Virus genome (UHGV): UHGV-0179803 | Reading direction: 5' to 3' (one strand) | Length of the DNA: 64,000 bases | Source: a virus | Shown here: one piece after another, positions 28,322 through 37,482 of the stretch | Position numbering within the stretch: the first letter of the stretch is position 1 | Layout: each line of letters opens with the position of its first letter | Notes under the pieces: generated by a model | The model's database searches: none | What the model was told of the DNA's origin: nothing | What the model saw: only the letters and a program-made list of their open reading frames with translations | Position numbers and translations under genes: made by a program

Positions 28322-28345
28322 GCCAGGGACTAGCCCTGGCGATTG
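28322..28345 (-). terminator. hairpin terminator
   Basis: minus-strand GCCAGGG-CTAG-TCCCTGGC followed by TTTGATCGTTG. Confidence 0.4.
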
Positions 28346-28348
28346 TTG

Positions 28349-29053
28349 TTACAGTTCGTCAACATCTACAAAGCTCGAAGGCTTCATGATCTTTCCTTTT
28401 CCATCAAGGAAGATGAAGCGTTTTTCACCTCTGTAGTATATTTCTGAGCAAGTGAAACCAGTATAACGCCCTTCGAATCGGTTTGTCAACTCTTTTAGCT
28501 CCAAACCTACCAGTGACGGAATATCTACCTGCACAGCAGGGACACCGTGTGCTGCACGAAGGTTCTGCAATGTGGCAAATTTACTGTCGTTTGATTCCAG
28601 AACTTTTTTCATCATACCTTCAGTATCGCCACGGAGCTGGAACAGCAGAGCAGTTGACATACGGCAAAGTTTAGCAACGTTCATCGACTGATGATCACCA
28701 ACCATCGCACGACTTAGGAGATGCATAAACGTTCCAATTTCAAACTTACTTTCTGTGTCACGCTCGAATAATTCCTTCCAGACTAGTGTCTCACGGAGCA
28801 AGTATCCGGCGTAGCTTGTCACTACGAAGAGATCACAAGCCTCTTTCATCAAATGATCAATATCACCTTTGTCAATTGCTTCCAGTACCTCATTGAACTC
28901 TTCTTCTACAAAATTTAGTTGCAGATCCAGAGGTGTAAACTTACCGCCTTTGGCTTGTGTGGCAGCAAGGTTCCATTCCCGTACATGATCAGCGGCCCAT
29001 GTGAAATTATCGCTAAGTGAAAGTTCTTCCAGTTTACGGTACAGTTTAATCAT
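28349..29053 (-). CDS. MazG-like nucleotide pyrophosphohydrolase domain protein (putative)
   Basis: EEEFNEVLEAIDKGDIDHLMKEACDLFVV resembles MazG/HisE EExxE..DL motif; 234 aa. Confidence 0.4.
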   Translation of the reverse strand: MIKLYRKLEELSLSDNFTWAADHVREWNLAATQAKGGKFTPLDLQLNFVEEEFNEVLEAIDKGDIDHLMKEACDLFVVTSYAGYLLRETLVWKELFERDTESKFEIGTFMHLLSRAMVGDHQSMNVAKLCRMSTALLFQLRGDTEGMMKKVLESNDSKFATLQNLRAAHGVPAVQVDIPSLVGLELKELTNRFEGRYTGFTCSEIYYRGEKRFIFLDGKGKIMKPSSFVDVDEL

Positions 29054-29547
29054 TGTTGTGAAGCCCCTTTTCGTTCAAGTTTAGCAATCAATATCCCCAC
29101 CAACACAACCGCAATGCATTTTACCCCAAACTGCATAGCCATAACACCTGGCATAATCTCAAGGAATGCAACCGGACTGAATATTAATGCATCCACAGCA
29201 GCAGTGCAGATATTTACAACCACTATGTTATCTGTGAATCTATAAAGTATGTTGGCAGCACCGCAGCTTGCTACAACAGCTACAAAGCAACCTATCGCGG
29301 CCTGTGTGGCAACAGGAGATACAGCAGCTGTAACCATACCAGCTATTGCCACCATGCTTATAGACCAGAATGCTCCATACTGGTGGATCACGTTGTCACG
29401 CAGAAACATGTTTGCAGCAACACAACAAGAAGTCGTGATCGGGATAACCATCCATCCCCAAACACCAACTGCAATGTTACACAGTGTGAAGATCAGTATG
29501 TATAGTAATGCTTTTTGCAGCATTGGCATCCGATCTATGATCGCCAT
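29050..29547 (-). CDS. integral membrane protein (multi-TM)
   Basis: 165 aa, about five hydrophobic helices. Confidence 0.5.
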   Translation of the reverse strand: MAIIDRMPMLQKALLYILIFTLCNIAVGVWGWMVIPITTSCCVAANMFLRDNVIHQYGAFWSISMVAIAGMVTAAVSPVATQAAIGCFVAVVASCGAANILYRFTDNIVVVNICTAAVDALIFSPVAFLEIMPGVMAMQFGVKCIAVVLVGILIAKLERKGASQQ

Positions 29548-29551
29548 TTGA

Positions 29552-30196
29552 CTACCCCCTTATAAGATCTTCAGCTATCTCTACCCGTCGTGAGACTATC
29601 CTTTGATCATAGTCGAGATAACCATCCTTCACTTTACTCAAGATTCTTTCAGCTTTTAATTTATTTTTAACAGCTATGGCTTCCTCCAATGTGTTACAGC
29701 TTTTGCTTTTACCACGACCATCACGAACTTCATATTTTTTACAAGGAGTTATACGTATACCTGGTGGATAGTCTGAAGCCTTTTTACCTCTCCTGGTCAA
29801 CAACATATTATTTACATCCAAAGGAACAAAACAGCAGGTGTCTCTACTATACTCCTTTCTACCACTCTTATTAAGAATGTCTTTATCTAAAGCATAGTTT
29901 CTACCATACTTATCCTTCATGTGATACCCCGGGGCTGTTTGGCAAAAATCACAAAAATCTTGAAAATCCTTAAAACAATTTTTTACTCCAGCATAAGTGG
30001 GCTTATTTTTCTGGTAAGCCGACCCCAACCTTGTTCTCTGTTTAATATTAAACCATATCATACCTGCTTTTGTTACAACTTTGTAAGATTTATCACCTAC
30101 AACAACTTCAACACAGTGGCACCATGTACCGTCTCTAAATTTAAAGTCAAAATCTAACAAATACCACTCTACAGGTTTTCTATTTCTCTTTTTCAT
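29552..30196 (-). CDS. homing endonuclease-like protein with AP2-like domain (putative)
   Basis: AT-rich ORF between ligase and membrane protein genes; C-terminal GIRITPCKKYEVRDGRGKSKSCNTLEEAIAVKNKL is AP2-like; Cys/His-rich N-terminal half. Confidence 0.45.
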   Translation of the reverse strand: MKKRNRKPVEWYLLDFDFKFRDGTWCHCVEVVVGDKSYKVVTKAGMIWFNIKQRTRLGSAYQKNKPTYAGVKNCFKDFQDFCDFCQTAPGYHMKDKYGRNYALDKDILNKSGRKEYSRDTCCFVPLDVNNMLLTRRGKKASDYPPGIRITPCKKYEVRDGRGKSKSCNTLEEAIAVKNKLKAERILSKVKDGYLDYDQRIVSRRVEIAEDLIRG

Positions 30197-31470
30197 TCTA
30201 AAACCCCCCAGGTAATTGGGTCTACATCCCGTGTTGCTATACCTGTAGGGAAACTGGGTATACCATCTTCTGTGAGAGCCTGGTACTTAAACGTAATAAA
30301 TTTTCCTTTCAGGTTAGCCATCCTCCAGTACAACCGTTCACCATGTGTGCCTTTCATTTTACACTTAAATACTTTACCATTTTTTAGCTGGCAAATCAAG
30401 ACACCTTCACCGTTTTTATCCTCTTCAGCACCGATGACTTTGGCCTCATCTGTGTTAAATTTCTTCCATTTCAAAGCGTTACATGAACGTTGACCGTATT
30501 CATATTCACCGCAGAAATTACGCAGTACTGTACCTTCATAACCTTCAGCCATGTAACGGCCTACAGATTCTTCACATTCTTCAACTGTGTGGAACAGTTC
30601 CGGTTCAGCAGTGAAGATGTGGTCAAGATCTTCAATGAAATCTTTGATGCCGAGAAGATCTGCACAACGTCCATGCTCTGTTTCAGGATCCCACCACACT
30701 TTGTTACTTGGAATATCAAAAATGTGGTATTGCAGATCGTAGCTTGAGTAACCACCGTAACGCATGTCATCACGCACAGGTTCGACTTCAACAGGAAACT
30801 CTTCTTTGTTGAAGTTCAGATATGTCTGTTTTCCTGCCTTAATCGCAGCCTGACGACGTTTTATGTCGGCAGCATAGTCTTTATCGATCTCGGCTTGAAT
30901 CTCTTCCTGTGTGCGCCAGCGTTTCGCCAGAGACACTATTTTCTGCAACGGCAGACCATGAATGTAAATCTCACCATCAAAACGGCTGAAGCCTGTGCGG
31001 ATACGGAGCTGTTTCAGCTGTTTGATAATGTCACCTTCGATAGGGTACGATTTGTTACCGCGTGAGATAAACACTGGAGTATCCCCTTCGAAGTTTACCA
31101 GCAGTCGCAGACCATCCAGTTTGTGCGATCCCCAGCACGGTAGAATAAGCGATTTACCACGTTTCAGGTAGTCATGTACCAGCATAGGAATCAGGTTTTC
31201 TTCCACCACAAGGCTGCTTTCGTCTTCAACGTATCCCAGGCGAACTTGCTTCTCCCACTTGCTGGTTGCTTCCAGAACGGCCTGTTGTTCTGGGGTAGTC
31301 TCGTTGGCACGACCTACGTTTTTAGCTTTGCAGATCGTCTCTTTGTACTGCATTTTACCATCTTTCTTGCCGAACTCAACTATTACTTTTTCACCCTCTG
31401 TAAACACTTTCCACTGCTGTACGCTTCCGTCGCGGTTAAGTGCATAGAGGGTTGTTTTTACTTGATTCAT
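30193..31470 (-). CDS. ATP-dependent DNA ligase
   Basis: adenylation motif I SHKLDGLR (KxDG), motif V-like EGTVLR; likely ATG 31470 (MNQVKTT) with RBS AGGAG. Confidence 0.8.
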   Translation of the reverse strand: MNQVKTTLYALNRDGSVQQWKVFTEGEKVIVEFGKKDGKMQYKETICKAKNVGRANETTPEQQAVLEATSKWEKQVRLGYVEDESSLVVEENLIPMLVHDYLKRGKSLILPCWGSHKLDGLRLLVNFEGDTPVFISRGNKSYPIEGDIIKQLKQLRIRTGFSRFDGEIYIHGLPLQKIVSLAKRWRTQEEIQAEIDKDYAADIKRRQAAIKAGKQTYLNFNKEEFPVEVEPVRDDMRYGGYSSYDLQYHIFDIPSNKVWWDPETEHGRCADLLGIKDFIEDLDHIFTAEPELFHTVEECEESVGRYMAEGYEGTVLRNFCGEYEYGQRSCNALKWKKFNTDEAKVIGAEEDKNGEGVLICQLKNGKVFKCKMKGTHGERLYWRMANLKGKFITFKYQALTEDGIPSFPTGIATRDVDPITWGVLE

Positions 31471-31484
31471 GTATGGTGCTCCTG

Positions 31485-31769
31485 TTAATACCAAAATTCT
31501 GTCACTGTGTAGTACAACGCATCTTCACTTGTTGCACACAAGAAAACTACGTTCCATTTACTTCCTTTTACAAATCTTTTCTGATCCACACCTACTACCT
31601 GGTTCACCTTCACCCCTTCCATATCACCCAGCTGGAGAACATCGTTCGGCTGGATGTAAACCTCATGCAGACCTTTCTTGCGCTTCAAAGCTATTACCAT
31701 AGTGTTTAGGCCATGAGAAATCTCTTTAATATCATCAGGTTCAAGGTGGTGAACTCTATACGTGTACAT
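31485..31769 (-). CDS. hypothetical protein
   Basis: ATG 31769 (MYTYRVHHLEP) with RBS AGGAGAG; track start 31799 lies inside the promoter -10. Confidence 0.45.
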   Translation of the reverse strand: MYTYRVHHLEPDDIKEISHGLNTMVIALKRKKGLHEVYIQPNDVLQLGDMEGVKVNQVVGVDQKRFVKGSKWNVVFLCATSEDALYYTVTEFWY

Positions 31770-31798
31770 ACTACTCTCCTTATTCTGTGTGATTATCA

Positions 31799-31828
31799 AT
31801 TATACCCAAAACACCAACGTATTGTCAA
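31799..31828 (-). promoter_or_regulatory. sigma70-type promoter (minus strand)
   Basis: minus-strand TTGACA (31828..31823), 18-nt spacer, TATAAT (31804..31799). Confidence 0.55.
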
Positions 31829-31847
31829 GTAGAAATAGCCCAGAGGA

Positions 31848-32045
31848 TTACTCCTCCAGGCAAGCTGCACCGTTTTCTTCCTCGAACTCATATCCGGCGA
31901 CCACAAGATCTATCAGCCGGATCGCCAGACCACCATTAGGTGAATCCACCATTAAGTCCCAACCTTCAAGGTAGGCGTAGTAAACACCACCTGTTGAGAA
32001 CAGGTAATCACCTATTGCTGGTGTTTTCGTACATTTTACAAACAT
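31848..32045 (-). CDS. hypothetical protein
   Basis: 65-aa ORF. Confidence 0.3.
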   Translation of the reverse strand: MFVKCTKTPAIGDYLFSTGGVYYAYLEGWDLMVDSPNGGLAIRLIDLVVAGYEFEEENGAACLEE

Positions 32046-32149
32046 CTCTACACCTTTTATTCGCCTTCAAAAGATTTCTTTTGCAATTCATCAATAGCGT
32101 AGCTAACGATGAGATCTATCTGTTTTTAAGTAATTTCATCTTAAGCCCT

Positions 32150-32482
32150 CTATTTTGCAGATTTCCTTGCTACTTTCTTCGTAGCTCTGCGGCGTTTGTG
32201 GTAGATATCAAGAACAGCGTTCTCCTGGGCACATGTTTTGACTGTTTTCAGGTTGTAGGCTTGCGCTATCGGAAGATTCAGTTCCCACCAGCCAAGCCAG
32301 TATAGCTCACTCTCTGTGAGCTTCTCCTCCTTTGCTTTTCGGTACAGCTTCTGCATACCCGCGATAATATCATCGAGCGGGGTATCAAACACAAAAGCTG
32401 TTTTATCAAAAGGTGCTTTCTTCGGCTGTTTTGCCTTAGGCATCTTCCACCTCCTTAAATATCTGGTGCATCGATTCATCAC
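32150..32482 (-). CDS. hypothetical basic protein
   Basis: 110-aa ORF, Lys/Arg-rich termini. Confidence 0.4.
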   Translation of the reverse strand: MMNRCTRYLRRWKMPKAKQPKKAPFDKTAFVFDTPLDDIIAGMQKLYRKAKEEKLTESELYWLGWWELNLPIAQAYNLKTVKTCAQENAVLDIYHKRRRATKKVARKSAK

Positions 32483-32705
32483 TCATCACCAGAAAATCCC
32501 CAAAGAAGTCCACCAGCCAATCACCACGATGGAGAACATACCCACCAAAATCATCATCGATGAGGGCTTGTGGTCGGAAATCTCTCGTCCGTACAGCATG
32601 ACGAACAAACACCCCAGTATCGTGCCAGTGTTGCAATTCAGACACGCTTGTGCTTGAGCCATCAAACTGGTGTGCTTCAATCGGTTTAATCAGTTCAAAT
32701 TTCAT
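32436..32705 (-). CDS. hypothetical protein
   Basis: 89-aa ORF. Confidence 0.4.
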   Translation of the reverse strand: MKFELIKPIEAHQFDGSSTSVSELQHWHDTGVFVRHAVRTRDFRPQALIDDDFGGYVLHRGDWLVDFFGDFLVMSDESMHQIFKEVEDA

Positions 32706-32980
32706 TCCGGTAACTCCTCAACAGGGTAAACTAACAGGTGGCAATCATCATAACGCACATTCATATGTTGCCAGCAGATAAATCGGATCGCTACAAGGTT
32801 GATCAAGTTACGATCACCGTGCAGGCCGACACAGACATTACGCCAGTTACTACCATTCACCACACAGGTGTCAAAGTACAATTTTTCATCAAACTTGTGT
32901 TCAATATCCTGAACAATACCTTTCAGAGCGGCAAATTGTCCACCGAACACGAAGTCTCCTTCGAGATCTTTCAGTTTCAT
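32702..32980 (-). CDS. hypothetical protein
   Basis: 92-aa ORF, 4-nt overlaps with neighbours. Confidence 0.4.
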   Translation of the reverse strand: MKLKDLEGDFVFGGQFAALKGIVQDIEHKFDEKLYFDTCVVNGSNWRNVCVGLHGDRNLINLVAIRFICWQHMNVRYDDCHLLVYPVEELPE

Positions 32981-32981
32981 C

Positions 32982-33455
32982 TTAGTTACCTTTTGCGTAA
33001 TTCTCCAACCACGAAAAATCAGTTTCCCAGACCTTGATCTTGCTTAGTTCTCTCCACTCTTCGAAGCACGCTTCATAATACTCCTGTGCCTGCTGTTCTG
33101 TCAACCAGTTTACGTCAGCAAAATGTTTTCTTGCACGGAGATAAACATCCCTGCCGAGGCAATTGCAGCGGCCAGGATGCACACTCATATGGCAGTCTGG
33201 GCACAATGCGATCAGACCCACACAGGTGATCTTGTGATCTTCGAACAGGTACAACTCGTGGGCTTCCACAGGATGTTTAGGTCCTTTACCACCACAGACT
33301 TCGCATCTGTACTCTGCTTCTTTGTAACAGCGTTTACGGGCTTTATCCCACAAGCCACGACCGATAGCTTCACGTCCTGCTACCCCCCACAGCGGTTTAG
33401 GGATAAGCTGAACGATCAGCATTTTCTCTTCACGCATTTTACGACCGTCTTGCAT
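32982..33455 (-). CDS. Cys/His-rich zinc-binding protein
   Basis: CEVCGG...CPDCH...CNC clusters; first gene after regulatory region, promoter TTGACA/TATGGT at 33527..33500 on minus strand. Confidence 0.45.
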   Translation of the reverse strand: MQDGRKMREEKMLIVQLIPKPLWGVAGREAIGRGLWDKARKRCYKEAEYRCEVCGGKGPKHPVEAHELYLFEDHKITCVGLIALCPDCHMSVHPGRCNCLGRDVYLRARKHFADVNWLTEQQAQEYYEACFEEWRELSKIKVWETDFSWLENYAKGN

Positions 33456-34091
33456 GTAGCACCTCTCTTCTTATGCATACTCTTACCAGTAGGCGAACCA
33501 TAACATAATTTTCATTTGCTGTCAATACTGATTTAAACGCTCTCAAACGCTCTGTAACGCTGTTGGTAGTTTAGTAATGCAACTGTAGCACTTAGTCACT
33601 ATTAGCTCACCACAGAAGCTACCAGAGGCCTCAAAGCCGATTTCTGGTGTTGGGATAAGGTTGAAGCGGCGGCGCAGACTTTCGACGGCTCCTCCCGGCA
33701 GCTTCGCTTTTCGCCGTCATCCCACATTAGCACCTCCCTCACGGTCGGTGATCTTCCCACACAACTCAGGCAGCTCTGTTGTCACAGACCTGCTATGTAC
33801 CCACATACATCTTCTGGATTGTTGATAATATAATATAAAATTTATTAAAACAATCCAGAAAAATAACCACCCACAGCCTGATCATCTGCTACAAAGCACT
33901 GCTTTGTCACTCCAGTGCTGTTGTCAGTGGATCATGATAATAATTATCATTAAGAAAGAGATCATTGATCAATTTGTAACATGCATAAAAAGTATGTTGA
34001 AGAGAGATCATGGAGGTGGTGGTAAATACCACAGAACTACCATCAAACAGACAGCGGAGGGTGTGCTTGGTATTAGCACCCACCTCCTAGT

Positions 34092-34122
34092 CTATTTTCT
34101 TTCTTTAGAAAGAAGAAAATAG
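34092..34122. repeat. imperfect palindrome
   Basis: CTATTTTCTT...AAGAAAATAG inverted repeat flanking the iteron array. Confidence 0.4.
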
Positions 34123-34128
34123 TTAGGT

Positions 34129-34243
34129 GGGCCATTATTTGGCCCTTAGAATTCAGTTTAAGGGCCATTATTTGGCCCTTGGAAGCGTTTTAAGGGCCAT
34201 TATTTGGCCCTTGGATTGACTTTTATGGGCCATTATTTGGCCC
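34129..34243. repeat. four direct copies of 17-bp palindromic iteron GGGCCATTATTTGGCCC
   Basis: copies at 34129-34145, 34162-34178, 34194-34210, 34227-34243, spaced 32-33 bp; each has internal dyad GGGCCA/TGGCCC. Confidence 0.8.
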
Positions 34244-34435
34244 TTAGAATCACTCATATTGGTGGGATTTATGGTATTTTCTGTTTATTGTCAAACAGTT
34301 ATAACAGTATTTCATTCTGTTGGTATCTTTATATAGACCGATCAGTCTATTACAACTATTTAACAAATGCCGACACTGTACAAAATTTCTGAGTTTTCAT
34401 GTTTGACATTTCGTTAACAAATCACCAATACAGTA

Positions 34436-35110
34436 TTATTTTCTTCTTTGAGGGAAGGGTATGTGGTCATATCCTTTCCCTGCATTATCATTCACCCATT
34501 TCAGGAAGTCTATTCTGTCTTCGAACACGTATTTCAGGTCACAACCCTCTGTACGGTACAGCATCAGGTAGTTCACCTGATTGGCATCTGGTAATTCATT
34601 CACCATTGCCAGGCGACGTGCTGGTACTCTCGTGCACAGATTTTTACCATCTTGTGGTTGCCTGCTGATCACAAGGCCAATTGACTCCAGGAACTTGATA
34701 CTTTCTGCTACCTTCCGGTTCCTGTTGTGGTTCTTGTCATATGGCAATCCTGCTTCCATAGCGATTACATGTGTGGAATCCCCGCACCAGTTGTTCCTGT
34801 GCATATCTTCATAGCTTGTCTGCTTACGAATCTGGTAGCATTTGAACTGGATTCTGTTCTGATCAGCAAGATGACTCAACACTGCCTTGTCAATATTGGT
34901 CAGAAACAGGCAGCTTTTCTCTGCCCACACACTACCAGCCTCAGGGATTCTTCGCTTATCGAAATCTTTCCTGTTGGTCACATCTGCCGGATTTTTCACC
35001 CACACAGCAAACAGGTTGTCAACCTTCCGATGACAATCGTCGTTGCCAAAGCAGATGTTTTTGTTGAACCAGTTCTCCAGTACGCTTGATTTGATCTCTT
35101 GTTCTGCCAT
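34436..35110 (-). CDS. hypothetical protein with winged-helix-like segment (candidate iteron-binding protein)
   Basis: 224-aa ORF ending 19 nt... (gene end 34436) about 190 bp from iterons; segment VAESIKFLESIGLVISRQ resembles a recognition helix-wing. Confidence 0.4.
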   Translation of the reverse strand: MAEQEIKSSVLENWFNKNICFGNDDCHRKVDNLFAVWVKNPADVTNRKDFDKRRIPEAGSVWAEKSCLFLTNIDKAVLSHLADQNRIQFKCYQIRKQTSYEDMHRNNWCGDSTHVIAMEAGLPYDKNHNRNRKVAESIKFLESIGLVISRQPQDGKNLCTRVPARRLAMVNELPDANQVNYLMLYRTEGCDLKYVFEDRIDFLKWVNDNAGKGYDHIPFPQRRK

Positions 35111-35523
35111 CTCTGTTACCTTCTTCTGTTTTTAACAGAGTATAGCAGGCACAAGGCCTGCTGTCAATGTTCACTCGTCACGTAATGCTTTGATCATCTG
35201 TTCGAAGAATCTCCTTGCATCGTCGTAGTGCTTGTTCAGGAGTGCTTCTTTATAGTAGTAACGATAAACAACGTATTCAACGCCACGCATATGCCACCTC
35301 ACTTGTTGTCAGCTTCAATCATCAGGAGTAATGCATCTTTGAACCCCATAAAAAGAACGCCACAGCGAATTTGCGGGTACGCCCTCAGGATTGGGAGCAT
35401 GTACACCTTCTCTTCGTCACAGAACGTTTGAACGCTGTAGAATACGATTCTTCTCATGGTGGTTTCCTCCTATGTGTGCAAAACATATCACACCTTGTTG
35501 TGGAAGTCAAGAATAAAATCATG

Positions 35524-35552
35524 TTGACAACGAGATCAGGATGTGTTATCGT
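35524..35552 (+). promoter_or_regulatory. sigma70-type promoter
   Basis: TTGACA 35524-35529, 17-nt spacer, TATCGT 35547-35552; followed by RBS GGAGGA and ATG 35587. Confidence 0.4.
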
Positions 35553-35586
35553 TCGCCAACAAGCGGATAAATGGAGGACTCATAAC

Positions 35587-35886
35587 ATGATTAGTCAAGA
35601 AACAGTACACGATATGGCACTGGCATTCATCCGTGAGGGGTGTGATGTGTGTTACATACCAAACCCTCGCCATCAGAATGACCCTGAAGACCCATCTATT
35701 TATCTTTCTGTATCTGGCAGAGGAATGGACCATCTTATCTATCTCGGACTGAGTAGTAAGAGAAGGGATGAATATATTGAAAAATACCAGCAGGCAATTG
35801 ATCAGGCAAAAGAAGACGCACATGGTGAACAGATGTACAATTTTATTCCTGGTTTGGACGATTGTAAGGATGGAGGTGCTTTATGA
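35587..35886 (+). CDS. hypothetical protein
   Basis: 100-aa ORF from ATG 35587 (track start 35371 is over-extended); first plus-strand gene of right arm. Confidence 0.4.
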   Translation: MISQETVHDMALAFIREGCDVCYIPNPRHQNDPEDPSIYLSVSGRGMDHLIYLGLSSKRRDEYIEKYQQAIDQAKEDAHGEQMYNFIPGLDDCKDGGAL

Positions 35887-36608
35887 AGAAGGTTTTAGAG
35901 TTTCAATTTGAAATTGCTGAAATAGGTGGAGAAAGACGGAGGCTTGTTAATGCAAGAGATTTGCATAAACAGTTAGGCATTCGTACACGCTTTAGTGACT
36001 GGATTAAAAGGTCATTAATTAATCAAAATTTCTTGCAAGATGTTGATTTTATCGTGGTTCTCAAAAATGAGTATGACGCAAGTAAGTTTGGTGGCATACG
36101 TAAGCAAGAGGAATATTTATGCACTGTTGAGACAGCTAAACACCTTGCTATGATGGCGAAGACACCGAAAGGTAAAGAGGTTCGTAATTACTTTATCGAA
36201 ATTGAAAGAAAGTACCGCGAGTACATGATTGAGCAACGGAGGTTGGCAAGGAAGATGCTTAACATGGAAAGCTCAACAGATATGGTCTGCATAACTGTTT
36301 CGGCGAAGAAAATCGCTAAAGTGCTTGGGATAACCATGTCTGTGTTTGACCTGAATGGATTCTTGAGGACGGATGGTTACAAGCATAAACATTGGTATAA
36401 CGCAACTCTTGCTGGTCAGGAGGTGTGGAATGATTGGGTTATGAAAAGCAAATATGGGGGTCATAGGTTTACAAGCCAGAACAGTATTAACATTGTGCAA
36501 TGCCTGCTTTATGAAAAAGGTATTAGTAAGCTGGAGGATGACATTTGGCAAGAACTTGTTTGGATTGTGTTCATGAAGAATTGGGTTGATTATCTTGCCA
36601 ACAGATGA
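35883..36608 (+). CDS. AntA-like antirepressor-domain protein (putative)
   Basis: N-terminal LVNARDLHKQLGIRTRFSDWIKRSLINQNFLQDVDF resembles AntA/AntB N-terminal domain; ATGA overlap with upstream gene. Confidence 0.55.
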   Translation: MKKVLEFQFEIAEIGGERRRLVNARDLHKQLGIRTRFSDWIKRSLINQNFLQDVDFIVVLKNEYDASKFGGIRKQEEYLCTVETAKHLAMMAKTPKGKEVRNYFIEIERKYREYMIEQRRLARKMLNMESSTDMVCITVSAKKIAKVLGITMSVFDLNGFLRTDGYKHKHWYNATLAGQEVWNDWVMKSKYGGHRFTSQNSINIVQCLLYEKGISKLEDDIWQELVWIVFMKNWVDYLANR

Positions 36609-36662
36609 TTGACAAACACAACCAAACATGCTAAGATTCTTCTTATCGAAAGGAGGTACACC

Positions 36663-36863
36663 ATGGATAATCCTGTTGCTAAAAACTGCAACAAGTTTAA
36701 CAAAGCTGCAACTCATGCTGATCGGAAGAAAGGTTGGTGTCCAGATTTAGACGAAGGACTTGAAGAGTACTTCGAAGATGAACTGGAAGACCTAGCAGAC
36801 AATGCTCAAGAGATTGCAATCAGGGAATATGCAGAAAGAGCGAAAGCTGCAAGAATTTGTTGA
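36663..36863 (+). CDS. hypothetical acidic protein
   Basis: RBS AAGGAGG then ATG 36663; 66 aa. Confidence 0.4.
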   Translation: MDNPVAKNCNKFNKAATHADRKKGWCPDLDEGLEEYFEDELEDLADNAQEIAIREYAERAKAARIC

Positions 36864-36888
36864 CAATACCCTGTTTGTTTGGTAATAT
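36860..36888 (+). promoter_or_regulatory. sigma70-type promoter
   Basis: TTGACA 36860-36865, 17-nt spacer, TAATAT 36883-36888. Confidence 0.45.
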
Positions 36889-36942
36889 TAAAGCATGAGG
36901 TGAGGTAAACGATTTTAGTTTGAGAGGTCTACAGGAAATGCT

Positions 36943-37185
36943 ATGTTTAAGGTTAAGCTCGTTTTCAGATCCTTAGAAGGAGACTATTTAGAACACGAAT
37001 CTGAACACAGATTCTTTGATGATGCTTTTGAAGTTGCAAACGATATTGCCTGCGAGAACACAGGTTACGGACTGGAGTTCTGGGAAGGAGGTGCACAAAT
37101 AGATAAAAGCAAAATCTTCTATTTTTACCCGGATCCAGAATGCAGACATGTGAAATATGTGTTGTTCTTCTGTGTATTGCAATAA
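36943..37185 (+). CDS. hypothetical protein
   Basis: 80-aa ORF downstream of promoter. Confidence 0.4.
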   Translation: MFKVKLVFRSLEGDYLEHESEHRFFDDAFEVANDIACENTGYGLEFWEGGAQIDKSKIFYFYPDPECRHVKYVLFFCVLQ

Positions 37186-37221
37186 GGAGAGACATGAAAG
37201 ACGAATTTGATGGCTTTTAGC

Positions 37222-37250
37222 TTGACAATGTTGAGTTAAAACGCTATACT
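37222..37250 (+). promoter_or_regulatory. sigma70-type promoter driving a non-coding segment
   Basis: TTGACA 37222-37227, 17-nt spacer, TATACT 37245-37250; no ORF of note in the next ~170 nt. Confidence 0.45.
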
Positions 37251-37257
37251 TACAGTG

Positions 37258-37420
37258 TTCCCCATAGAGGGCTTGATAGTGCACCACACTGAAAAATGGT
37301 AGGAACGTAGAGGGCTACGGACGCGTAGGGTTCCAGCAACCTGTAATAAGGTCGAGTCCAAGTACGGTAATGGCTTCCCCTTTCCCTTCGAGGGCTTGAA
37401 AATGCCAGAGACGGACTGGC
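37258..37420 (+). ncRNA. candidate small RNA / tRNA-like remnant
   Basis: promoter-proximal non-coding stretch with three GAGGGCT repeats and AGGTCGAGTCC..GTACGG resembling the T-arm/acceptor 3' half of the adjacent tRNA-Arg; no full cloverleaf found. Confidence 0.25.
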
Positions 37421-37482
37421 AATCTATTGACAATCTCCAGAGTACGTGATAAACTCAGCTTATTAACTATTCTGGAGGTTAT

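Noticed and set aside
33904-34122. 72-aa ORF in the AT-rich intergenic region
   Set aside because: Runs through palindromes and homopolymer-like AT tracts (poly-Ile translation), no RBS; region interpreted as regulatory.
34129-34243. Possible CRISPR array
   Set aside because: Only four repeats of 17 bp with 15-16 bp spacers; repeats are internally palindromic protein-binding-like sites and no cas genes or leader are present. Better explained as iterons.
35883-36608. Temperate lifestyle inferred from AntA-like antirepressor gene
   Set aside because: No integrase, repressor, excisionase or attachment-site signature in the window, and the gene content is that of a lytic-type phage; the AntA-like domain alone is insufficient.
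37258-37420. Second tRNA gene
   Set aside because: Shares a T-arm-like string with tRNA-Arg but I could not build a complete cloverleaf (no matching acceptor 5' strand, 6-nt T-loop); kept only as a low-confidence tRNA-like remnant.
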